A stretch of 32,000 bases of DNA from Methylorubrum extorquens (GTDB lineage: Bacteria; Pseudomonadota; Alphaproteobacteria; Rhizobiales; Beijerinckiaceae). Each line of letters opens with the position of its first letter. Positions within the stretch are counted from its first letter, which is position 1. A program made the position numbers and the translations under genes. The stretch covers positions 2,820,001 through 2,852,000 of the forward strand of contig LT962688.1 in NCBI GenBank assembly GCA_900234795.1. The letters are read 5' to 3'. The notes beneath the pieces were generated by a model. It was not told the DNA's origin. It saw only the letters and a program-made list of their open reading frames with translations, and did not search any database. Positions 1-8,766 of this stretch are shown piece by piece.

Positions 1-1158
<1,158 letters not shown>

Positions 1159-1211
1159 CTCCCTGCCTCCCCGTTGCTGGTTGCGACTCTGCGAAAGGCT
1201 GAACCGCATGA

Positions 1212-1255
1212 TGTCATCCTAGATGGACGTGAATTTGCGTCAAGTAAACTTTACA
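1212..1255 (-). promoter_or_regulatory. bchC promoter region with two tandem PpsR/CrtJ-like operators separated by 8 bp, overlapping sigma70-like -35/-10 hexamers
   Basis: The minus-strand reading is TGTAAAGTTTACTTGACG-caaattca-CGTCCATCTAGGATGACA. Each 18-mer matches TGT-N12-ACA at 5 of 6 positions, and the outer half-sites are perfect. TTGACG-N16-TAGGAT is embedded in it. This is the only AT-rich patch between the crtF stop (1259) and the bchC start (1158). Confidence 0.55.
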
Positions 1256-1258
1256 GTT

Positions 1259-2416
1259 CTAGCGCCGCTTTGCGGTGATCAATCGCGCCAGCAGCGGACG
1301 CCGCGTGGGGCGCTCGCGGATTTCATCGAAGCCGGCCTGGGTCAGCATGGCGGTTAACTCGTCCGCCGTGCGGGGCCGTCCGCTGCCCATGGCGAGGAGA
1401 TAAAAGCCGAAATACGCGTCCCCGACCGGCTCCGCGCCGGGCGTGCCGGCCATCGGTTCGGCGATCGCCAGAAGGCCGCCGGGCGGCAGCGCCGCGTGGG
1501 CCGCGCGCAGGAGCGCCAGGGCGACCGCATCGTCTTGATCGTGGACGACCCGCACCAGGGTGATCGCGTCGGCGCCCTCCGGCAGGGAGGCACCGAGAAA
1601 GCTCCGGCCGAGACAGGTGACGCGATCCCCGAGGCCCTCGGCGGCGAGTCGGGCGCCCACCCGTTCCGCGACTGGCGGGAGATCGAGCAGGCGCAGGGCT
1701 AGCCCCGGATGGCGGCGGGCGGCCTGCGCGAGGAACACGCCCTCCCCGGCCCCGACATCCATGAGACACGCACGATCGCCGAGCGGCAGGGCGTCGAGCA
1801 CGTCGTCGGCGATCAGCGCCTGCGAGGCCGCCATCAAGCCGCTATAGGCCGCGACCGAATCCGCGCCGAGCCGCGCCGCCTCGCCGGCTTCGGCATAGGG
1901 CCAGTAGCCCCCGAGCCGCGTCGGCCCCGCTTCCCCGCGCAACAGGGCGACGGGATCGGCCAGATCGGCGTAGAGCATCGCGTGATGCTCGATCATCGCC
2001 GCGACCGAGGGATTGCCGATCAGCGCCGCGCCGAGATCGGCCAGGGCGAAGCGCCCGTCCGGCAGCCGCGTGATCAGGTCGAGCGAGGCGGCGGCCTTGA
2101 GCAGGGTCAGGGCGCGATCGGCCGGCAGATCGAGACGCCGGGCGAGAGCATCGGACGCAAGCGGGCCGTCCCGCAAGAGCGTGAACAGGTCGAGCCGGAC
2201 GCAGGCGAACAGCACCTGCGCGTAGACGAAGCCGGCGCACAGATCGAACAACGCCCTGGTGTTACGCCGCGCGATCCGGCGGGTGAGCGGAAACCCCGCC
2301 GCCCAGCGCTGGAAGCCGGGGCGGGCGACCGTGCGGTTGCGGAAGGCGAGCCAGCGCTCGCGCCAGCCGCCGCGCGTCTCCGGCGCGGGTCCGGCCTCGG
2401 TCATCGCGGCGGGCAA
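1259..2416 (-). CDS. crtF: Demethylspheroidene / hydroxyneurosporene O-methyltransferase (CrtF)
   Basis: ORF of 385 aa. It has the class I SAM-binding motif CLMDVGAGEGVFLAQAARRHPGL, an N-terminal dimerisation-type region, and sits between crtE and bchC as in Rhodobacter crtEF-bchCXYZ. The start is uncertain: TTG at 2416 has GAGGG about 6 nt upstream, and the alternative is ATG at 2404. Confidence 0.88.
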   Translation of the reverse strand: MPAAMTEAGPAPETRGGWRERWLAFRNRTVARPGFQRWAAGFPLTRRIARRNTRALFDLCAGFVYAQVLFACVRLDLFTLLRDGPLASDALARRLDLPADRALTLLKAAASLDLITRLPDGRFALADLGAALIGNPSVAAMIEHHAMLYADLADPVALLRGEAGPTRLGGYWPYAEAGEAARLGADSVAAYSGLMAASQALIADDVLDALPLGDRACLMDVGAGEGVFLAQAARRHPGLALRLLDLPPVAERVGARLAAEGLGDRVTCLGRSFLGASLPEGADAITLVRVVHDQDDAVALALLRAAHAALPPGGLLAIAEPMAGTPGAEPVGDAYFGFYLLAMGSGRPRTADELTAMLTQAGFDEIRERPTRRPLLARLITAKRR

Positions 2417-2425
2417 GGCCGGCCC

Positions 2426-3292
2426 TCACGCCATCGCGCGGAGGGAAGCGGGCATGAACAGCCGGGTCTGCGCCTCGATCTCGGTGCGCATGGCGTCTTG
2501 CCCGCGGCAGGGGGGAATCACCTCGATCGCCTCCTGCGTGAGGTGCTTCAGGCGCTCCAGGGCACCGCCCATCCCGAGCAGGGCCGCCGCGTTCGGGCGC
2601 CCGAGGGTGGCGTCGCGGCCGGCGGGCTTGCCGATCTCCTCCTGGCGGCAGGCGACGTCGCGCAGATCGTCGGCGACCTGATAAGCCGCCCCGAGACATT
2701 CGCCGAGCAGGCGCCAGGGGAGCGGCGGCGCACCCGCGGCGGCGGCGCCGGCCACCGTGGCCGCGGCGAACAGCGCGCCGGTCTTGGCCTGCTGGTACTC
2801 GACCAGATCCACGTAAGGCTCGGATTCCCAGGCTTGCCCCGCGACGATGCCGGAGGGCGAGCCGGCGGCGCGGGCGATCAGCCCGACGAGACCGGCGAGG
2901 CGCGTGGGCGAGCGGATCACGCCCCGCGCCAGCGTCTCGAAGGCGGCAACGATCAGCGCGTCGCCCGTGAGCACCGCGAGCGGCACGCCGAAGGCCGCAT
3001 GGACCGAGGGCTTCTGGCGGCGCATTGGCGCGTCGTCGAAGCACGGCAGGTCGTCGTGGACGAGAGAGGCGCAGTGCAGGAGTTCGATCGCCGCGGCGGC
3101 CGCCTCGGAGGCGGCGGGGTCGTCGTCGCCGCAGGCGAGCGCGACGGCGAGGCAGAGCCGCGGGCGGATGCGGTGGCCGCCGGGAAAGACCGCGTAGCGG
3201 ATCGCCTCCGCCAGCAGCGGCGGCGCACCCGGCGCCTCCGCATGCGAAACCGCATTGTCGAGCACCCCCTCGATCCGCCGGCCGACGTCCAT
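2426..3292 (-). CDS. crtE: Geranylgeranyl diphosphate synthase (CrtE)
   Basis: ORF of 288 aa. Both polyprenyl synthase Asp-rich motifs are present (LVHDDLPCFDDAPMRR and AYQVADDLRD). GGGAGGA lies 5 nt upstream of the ATG at 3292. The gene is divergent from crtD. Confidence 0.9.
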   Translation of the reverse strand: MDVGRRIEGVLDNAVSHAEAPGAPPLLAEAIRYAVFPGGHRIRPRLCLAVALACGDDDPAASEAAAAAIELLHCASLVHDDLPCFDDAPMRRQKPSVHAAFGVPLAVLTGDALIVAAFETLARGVIRSPTRLAGLVGLIARAAGSPSGIVAGQAWESEPYVDLVEYQQAKTGALFAAATVAGAAAAGAPPLPWRLLGECLGAAYQVADDLRDVACRQEEIGKPAGRDATLGRPNAAALLGMGGALERLKHLTQEAIEVIPPCRGQDAMRTEIEAQTRLFMPASLRAMA

Positions 3293-3331
3293 GCCGTCCT
3301 CCCGATGTCAGGCTGACTTGCCTTGCATTTA

Positions 3332-3349
3332 TGTCAACTATACTTGACA
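3332..3349. promoter_or_regulatory. Perfect PpsR/CrtJ-type palindrome (TGT-N12-ACA) in the crtE/crtD divergent intergenic region
   Basis: The sequence TGTCAACTATACTTGACA reads as TGTCA-N8-TGACA, with fully symmetric 5-bp arms. It lies 40 nt from the crtE ATG and 26 nt from the crtD ATG. It encloses a TATACT -10-like hexamer in an AT-rich patch. Confidence 0.7.
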
Positions 3350-3374
3350 CTGTTGACGGCGCGGATCAACGGTG

Positions 3375-4901
3375 ATGCGAGGCGGAGCGCATTTTCGGTG
3401 GCAGAAAAAAAGCGTCATCGTGATCGGAGCCGGGATTGGCGGGCTCGCGGCGGCGCTGAGCCTCGCCGCTTCCGGCCACCACGTCATCGTCCTGGAGCGG
3501 GCAGCGCGAGTCGGCGGCAAGATGCGCTCGCTCGCCGTGGGTGGGGTGCCGGTCGAGGCGGGCCCCACCGTCTTCACCATGCGCTGGGTGTTCGAGGAGC
3601 TGTTCGCCGAGGCCGGCGCCGACCTCGAATCGGAGATGCGGCTGCGGCCGGCCACCCTGCTGGCCCGCCATGCCTGGAACGCGCACGAGCGGCTCGACCT
3701 GTTCGCGGACATTGAGACGTCGGCAGCGGCGATCGGCGCCTTCGCCGGCGCGCGCGAGGCGGAGGGCTATCGGCGGTTCTGCACCCGTGCGGTCGAGGTC
3801 TACCGCACGCTGGAAGGGCCGTTCATCCGCGCCGACCGGCCGAGCCCCGTCGATCTCGCCCAGCGCGTCGGCCTTTCGGGGATCGGCAGTCTCTGGCGTA
3901 TCCAGCCCTTCGCGACCCTGTGGTCGGCGCTCGGCGAGTATTTTCGTGATCCGCGCCTGCACCAACTCTTCGGGCGCTACGCCACCTATTGCGGCGCCTC
4001 GCCGTTCGAGGCGCCCGCCACGCTGATGCTGGTCGCCCATGTGGAACAGGCGGGCGTCTGGACCGTCGAGGGCGGCTTGAGCCGGCTCGCGCGCACGGTC
4101 GCGGATCTGGCCGAACGCCGCGGCGCGAAGCTGCGCACCGGTGCGGATGTGGCGCGCATCCTGACCGAGCGCGGCCGCGTCGCGGGGGGGTCGAACTCGT
4201 CGGCGGCGAGCGCATCGCCGCCGACGCGGTGATTGCCAATGCCGACGTGGCGGCGCTCGGCGGCGGCCTGCTCGGACGCGATGCGGCGGCGGCCGGCGAC
4301 CGGGTGCCCGCCCGCGAACGCTCGCTCTCGGCGCTCACCATCTGCACAACGGCGCGGGCGAAGGGCTTCGACCTCGCGCATCACAGCGTGTTCTTCTCCG
4401 CCGATTACCGGGCGGAATTCGACGCGATCCTGCGCGGCCGCCGCCTGCCGCCGGACCCGACCGTCTACGTCTGCGCCCAGGACCGGGACGGGGATGGCGG
4501 TTCAGCCCCTGACGGGCCGGAACGCCTGCTCCTCCTCGTCAACGCCCCCGCCGATGGCGGGGAGCGCCGCTTCAGCCCCACGGAGATCGCCGCATGCGAG
4601 ACGACCATCCATCGCAAGCTTTCGGCCTGCGGGCTCACGTTGGAGCCGACGCGACCGGGGACGATCACGACGCCGCAGGATTTCGCGGAGCTGTATTCGG
4701 GGACGGGCGGGGCCCTCTACGGCCGCGCCTCGCATGGCTGGACGGCGACCTTCAAGCGGCCGGGGGCGCGGACGCGGGTGCCGGGGCTCTATCTGGCCGG
4801 GGGGCAGCGTGCATCCGGGGCCGGGCGTGCCGATGGCGGCGCAGTCGGGCCGGCTCGCGGCGGCGGCACTGCGCGCGGACCTCGCTTCGACGGGGCGGTG
4901 A
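3375..4901 (+). pseudogene. crtD: Hydroxyneurosporene/methoxyneurosporene desaturase (CrtD, phytoene desaturase family), interrupted by two frameshifts
   Basis: The homologous reading needs three segments. Segment one, in the frame of ORF 3372..4232, has the FAD fold VIVIGAGIGGLAAALSLAASGHHVIVLERAARVGGKMR. Segment two, in the frame of ORF 3989..5389, runs from about 4190 to 4804 (VELVGGERIAADAVIANADVAAL...TRVPGLYLAGG). Segment three, in the frame of ORF 4233..4901, gives SVHPGPGVPMAAQSGRLAAAALRADLASTGR*. The switches fall in a G7 run (4184-4190) and a G6 run (4799-4804). The reconstructed length of ~508 aa is typical for CrtD. Confidence 0.8.
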
Positions 4902-5800
4902 CGCGCGGCGGCTACGTCTGGTGGTACGTCGATGCGGTGAGCGAGGACGGGCGCCAGGGGCTGACCGTGATCGCCTTCATCGGCAGCGTGTTCTCGCCCT
5001 ACTATGCCTGGGATGCGGCCCGCGACCCGTTCGCCCACTGCGCCGTCAACGTCGTGCTCTACGGCGAGCGCGGCAATCGCTTCGCCATGACCGAGCGCAA
5101 CGCCCGGTCGCTGGCGCGGGATGCGACGAGCTTCAGCCTCGGTCCCCTCCTCCCTCGAATGGGACGGCAGCGTGCTGACGATCCGCCTCGACGAACGGTC
5201 TTCGCCGATCCCGCAGGCGGTGCGGGGCACGGTGCGGGTGCGGCCGCGGGCGCTGACGGCGCAGCCCTTCACCCTCGACACGCACGGCCTGCACCGCTGG
5301 TGGCCGATGGCGCCCGATTGCGAGGTCGAGGCCGCGTTTACCGCGCCCGCCCTCTCCTGGCGGGGCAGCGGCTACCACGACACCAATGATGGCGACGGCG
5401 CCCTCGAAGCCGCGTTCACGGATTGGACCTGGTGCCGCGCACCGCTCAAGCGCGGCTCGGCCATCCTCTACGACGTGCGCCGGACGGATGGCAGCGGACA
5501 GAACCTGACGCTGCGCTTCGATGCCGACGGCACCCGCCGCGAGATGCGCCCACCGCTCGCCGCCGGCCTGCCGCCCACCGGACTGTGGAGGATGCCGCGC
5601 ACGAGCCGCAGCGACGACGGCTGCGCCCAGGTGATCCGCACCTTCGAGGACACACCGTTCTATGCCCGCTCGCTGCTCGCCTCGACGCTCGATGGCGAGG
5701 CGGTGCAGCCCGTGCACGAGAGAGCCTGTCGCTCACGCGCTTCCGCAACCCGCTGGTGCGGCTGATGCTGCCGTTCCGGATGCCGCGGCGGATCGGCTGA
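4898..5800 (+). pseudogene. crtC: Acyclic carotenoid 1,2-hydratase / hydroxyneurosporene synthase (CrtC), interrupted by two frameshifts
   Basis: GTG at 4898 overlaps the crtD TGA (GTGA). The N-terminal segment is TRGGYVWWYVDAVSEDGRQGLTVIAFIGSVFSPYYAW...SFSLGP. The frame switches at the C4 run 5144-5147 into the ORF 5121..5765 frame (SSLEWDGSVLTIRLDERSSPIP...EDTPFYARSLL...VQPVHE). It switches again in the GAGAGAG tract at 5718-5724 into the ORF 5423..5800 frame (SLSLTRFRNPLVRLMLPFRMPRRIG*). The reconstructed length is ~299 aa. Confidence 0.8.
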
Positions 5801-5813
5801 GACTAGTCAGCCG
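5794..5813. terminator. Short bidirectional hairpin containing the convergent crtC and yciB stop codons
   Basis: CGGCTGA-gactag-TCAGCCG has 7-bp arms and a 6-nt loop. The TGA of crtC (5798-5800) and the TGA of yciB (complement of 5807-5809) lie in opposite arms. There is no U-tract, so function is uncertain. Confidence 0.3.
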
Positions 5814-6427
5814 GCGTTCGCCTCGGCCTCGTCCTTGCGCTCGTAGCGCAGCAGCAGCGGCGTCTGGGCCAGGGCGAAGGCGACCGTGAGCGGCATGATG
5901 CCGAACACCTTGAAGCTGACCCAGAAATCCTCGGTCTGCGTGCGCCAGACGACTTCGTTGACGACCGCGAGCGCGAGGAAGAACAGGCCCCAGCGGAAGG
6001 TGAGCTTGCGCCAGCCCACGTCGGTGAGCGCGAACATGCTGTCGAGCACGACCGAGAGCAGCGACTTGTTGAAGGCGAGACCGCCGAGCAGGACGAGGCC
6101 GAACAGCGTGTTCACGATGGTCGGCTTCATCATGATGAAGGTCTTGTCCTGCAGCACCAGCGTCAGGCCGCCGAACACGAGCACGACGACACCGGAGACG
6201 AGCGGCATGATCGGCAGCCGCCGCAGCAGGGCGAAGTGCACGGCGAGCGCGATCATCGTGGCGACGATGAACAGGCCGGTCGCCACGAACAGCTTGCTTT
6301 CCGCCGCCACGCCGAAGCGCTCGGCATAGGCGTTGCCGAGGAAGAAGACCGTCAGCGGGCCCACTTCCAGCGCCAGCTTGAGGAGCGGCGGCAGGTGCCG
6401 GCGCGGCGGAACGCTCTCGACCTTCAT
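5807..6427 (-). CDS. yciB: Intracellular septation protein A (YciB/IspZ family inner-membrane protein)
   Basis: ORF 5807..6451 encodes a multi-pass hydrophobic protein ([23 protein letters not shown]...[17 protein letters not shown]...[20 protein letters not shown]) typical of YciB. It lies immediately downstream of ftsY, as in many alphaproteobacteria. The start is either ATG 6427 or TTG 6451. Confidence 0.85.
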   Translation of the reverse strand: MKVESVPPRRHLPPLLKLALEVGPLTVFFLGNAYAERFGVAAESKLFVATGLFIVATMIALAVHFALLRRLPIMPLVSGVVVLVFGGLTLVLQDKTFIMMKPTIVNTLFGLVLLGGLAFNKSLLSVVLDSMFALTDVGWRKLTFRWGLFFLALAVVNEVVWRTQTEDFWVSFKVFGIMPLTVAFALAQTPLLLRYERKDEAEANAG

Positions 6428-6466
6428 GCGGATACTCTCACGATGCTCCAAGGGGCAGGCAATCGG

Positions 6467-7933
6467 CTACTCCTTGGGAAGGCCGGTGATCGCCCGGGCA
6501 AAGTCCCGCGCGGCGAACGGCTCCAAGTCTTCCACGCCCTCGCCGACGCCGATGAAGTGCACGGGCAGGCCGAACTTCGTGGCGAGCGCCACCAGAATAC
6601 CGCCCCGCGCCGTTCCGTCGAGCTTGGTCATCACGAGGCCCGACACGGGTGCGGCCTGCGAGAACAACTCGACCTGGCTCAACGCGTTCTGCCCGACGGT
6701 GGCGTCGAGCACCAGCAGGGTGGCATGCGGTGCTTCCCCGTCGAGCTTGCGGATGACGCGGACGATCTTTTCCAGCTCCGCCATCAGCCCGGCCTTGTTC
6801 TGCAAGCGGCCGGCGGTGTCGATCAGGAGCACGTCGGTGCCGTTCTCCCGCGCCTCCTTGAACGCGTCGAAGGCGAGCCCCGCCGCGTCCGAGCCCTGCG
6901 CCCGGCTGATGACCGGCGTGCCGGTGCGATCGCCCCACACCCGCAACTGCTCGATTGCGGCTGCGCGGAACGTGTCGCCGGCCGCCAGCATGACGCTGCG
7001 TCCCTCGGCCTTGAACTTGAGCGAGAGCTTGCCGATCGTCGTCGTCTTGCCGGCGCCGTTCACGCCGACCGTCAGGATCACGTAGGGCTTCTTGGCCGAA
7101 TCGATTGCGATCGGCAGCGCCACCGGCTCCAGCGCCCGCTCGATCTCGGTGGCGAGGATGGCGCGCACCTCGTCGGGCGAGATGCCCTTCTCGTAGCGAC
7201 CCTTGCCGACCGCTTCCGACATGCGCGTCGCGGTCTCCACGCCGAAATCGGCCTGGATCAGCGCGTCTTCCAGATCCTCAAGGGTCGTCGCATCGAGCTT
7301 GCGCTTGGTGAACAGGCCCGTCACCCGGTCCGACAGCGCGGAGGAAGTGCGCCGCATTCCGGCGGTCAGGCGTGACCACCAGCCCTGTTTCTCGCTGCCC
7401 TCGACCGCGCCGGACACCGCATCGCTCGCGAGCGCCGCCGCGGAATCGACCGGCTGGATATCGACCTCGGCCGGCGGTTCGGATTCGGCCGCCGGCGCAG
7501 GCGTCTCCTCCTCGCCGCCCGTCAGGCGCGACCACCAGTTCCGCTTCTCCGCCGTCTCGGTGGGGGCTGGCGCCGGTTCGCTCTCGGCAGAAATCTCGTC
7601 GGGCTGCGGTGCTTCGCCGGATGGCGGCTGCGGCTCGGGCTGGAGGTCGGCGCCCTCCAGTTCATCGGGGATGCGATTCTTGTCGGGATCGTCCGGCGCG
7701 GGCTCGCTCACCGCCGGCGGCACGTGGGCGACGTCGTCCGCCGCGGTGGTGAAGACCGGCTGCCCTTCGGATTCGGAGGCGGGCGACAGCGGATCCGGCG
7801 TGACCGATTCCTCGGCCGGCGTTTCCTCGGCCGCAAGATCCTCGGCCGGCACCGGCTCGGGGGACTTGGATTCGGGCGCGCCCTTTCGCCCGAACAGGCG
7901 TCCGAACCAGCCGGGCTTCTCGTCGTCGCTCAT
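6467..7933 (-). CDS. ftsY: Signal recognition particle receptor FtsY, with a ~190-aa acidic, Pro-rich N-terminal A-domain
   Basis: ORF of 488 aa. The SRP-GTPase motifs LTVGVNGAGKTTTIGKL (G1), LLIDTAGRLQNK (G3) and VMTKLDGTARGG (G4) are present. The N-terminal region is rich in E, P and A. Confidence 0.95.
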   Translation of the reverse strand: MSDDEKPGWFGRLFGRKGAPESKSPEPVPAEDLAAEETPAEESVTPDPLSPASESEGQPVFTTAADDVAHVPPAVSEPAPDDPDKNRIPDELEGADLQPEPQPPSGEAPQPDEISAESEPAPAPTETAEKRNWWSRLTGGEEETPAPAAESEPPAEVDIQPVDSAAALASDAVSGAVEGSEKQGWWSRLTAGMRRTSSALSDRVTGLFTKRKLDATTLEDLEDALIQADFGVETATRMSEAVGKGRYEKGISPDEVRAILATEIERALEPVALPIAIDSAKKPYVILTVGVNGAGKTTTIGKLSLKFKAEGRSVMLAAGDTFRAAAIEQLRVWGDRTGTPVISRAQGSDAAGLAFDAFKEARENGTDVLLIDTAGRLQNKAGLMAELEKIVRVIRKLDGEAPHATLLVLDATVGQNALSQVELFSQAAPVSGLVMTKLDGTARGGILVALATKFGLPVHFIGVGEGVEDLEPFAARDFARAITGLPKE

Positions 7934-8006
7934 CCGCGTCCCTTGTTCAAAATCTTGCCCTGCTCAAACCTTGCCCGCGACGATCCGACATTCTAGCCCG
8001 TGGAGC

Positions 8007-8726
8007 ATGAACGCGCGTGTTTCAGTGTCGGATCGCACCGTCGGACCGGAGATAGGGCCTCCGCTCCTCTACCGCGATGCCTTGATGCTCGTCATCGACA
8101 AGCCAGCGGGTTTGCCGGTGCATCCGGGCCCGAAGGGCGGGCCAACGCTGACCGACCATCTCGACGCCCTTCGCTTCGGCCTGCCGCGCCGCCCGGAGGC
8201 CGCGCATAGGCTCGACCGCGACACGTCGGGCTGCCTCGTGCTCGGCCGACACGCCAAAGCCTTGGCGCGTTTGAACCGCCTGTTCGCCGACGGCAAGGTC
8301 GATAAGACCTATTGGGCGCTGGTCGAAGGCGGCCCCGAGGCGATGGAAGGGCGTATCGACCTCCCGTTGGCTAAACGTTCGGACGATCCGCGCAGTTGGT
8401 GGATGAAGACCGACCCGGCCGGTGCACCCTCGCTGACGTTCTACCGGGTTCTCGGGCGGACCGAGGGTCTGTCCTGGCTCGAACTGAAGCCGGTGACGGG
8501 ACGGACCCACCAATTGCGGGTTCACTGCGCGGCGATGGGCTGGCCGATCCGCGGCGACGCGATCTACGGGAGCGCGGAACGGGACGGGCCAGGCTTGCAA
8601 CTCCACGCGCGGGGCTTGAGCCTGCCGCTCTATCCGAAGCGCGAGGCGATTGCCGTCGAGGCGCCGGCGCCCGCGCATATGCGAGCAGGGCTCGAGGCGT
8701 GCGGAATGACCGCTTCCGCCCCGTAG
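8007..8726 (+). CDS. RluA-family RNA pseudouridine synthase (no S4 domain)
   Basis: This is the C-terminal 239 codons of ORF 7203..8726; the upstream part of that ORF is antisense to ftsY and is discarded. From ATG 8007 the product reads MNARVSVSDR...LMLVIDKPAGLPVHPG...AHRLDRDTSGCLVLGRH...KTYWALVEG...KPVTGRTHQLRVHCA. It has the catalytic-Asp motif HRLDRDTSG. Confidence 0.85.
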   Translation: MNARVSVSDRTVGPEIGPPLLYRDALMLVIDKPAGLPVHPGPKGGPTLTDHLDALRFGLPRRPEAAHRLDRDTSGCLVLGRHAKALARLNRLFADGKVDKTYWALVEGGPEAMEGRIDLPLAKRSDDPRSWWMKTDPAGAPSLTFYRVLGRTEGLSWLELKPVTGRTHQLRVHCAAMGWPIRGDAIYGSAERDGPGLQLHARGLSLPLYPKREAIAVEAPAPAHMRAGLEACGMTASAP

Positions 8727-8766
8727 ATTCCGCTCCCGCTGGGGAACACAGACGGGCGGGTCTCGC

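Noticed and set aside
3306-3323. A second PpsR site, TGTCAGGCTGACTTGCCT, next to the perfect palindrome
   Set aside because: It is TGT-N12-CCT, so only the 5' half matches. It is mentioned as a half-site in a finding but not called as an operator.
3401-3411. An A7 run (cagAAAAAAAgc) near the crtD 5' end, considered as a programmed slippery site
   Set aside because: The reading frame is continuous and homologous across it (QKKSVIVIGAGIGG). There is no downstream structure and no alternative-frame product of note.
3989-5389. A 466-aa ORF that looks like a single large protein spanning crtD and crtC
   Set aside because: It is a chimera. Its start is out-of-frame crtD sequence, its middle is genuine CrtD, 31 codons are out-of-frame crtD tail, then comes the genuine CrtC N-terminus, and finally out-of-frame crtC. 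The frameshifted crtD and crtC pseudogenes explain it better.
7947-7976. The imperfect direct repeat TCAAAATCTTGCCC / TCAAACCTTGCCC in the ftsY/RluA-like divergent region
   Set aside because: It is short and imperfect, and I cannot match it to any known regulator consensus (it is not a CtrA TTAA-N7-TTAA site). It may simply reflect overlapping -35-like TTGCCC elements.
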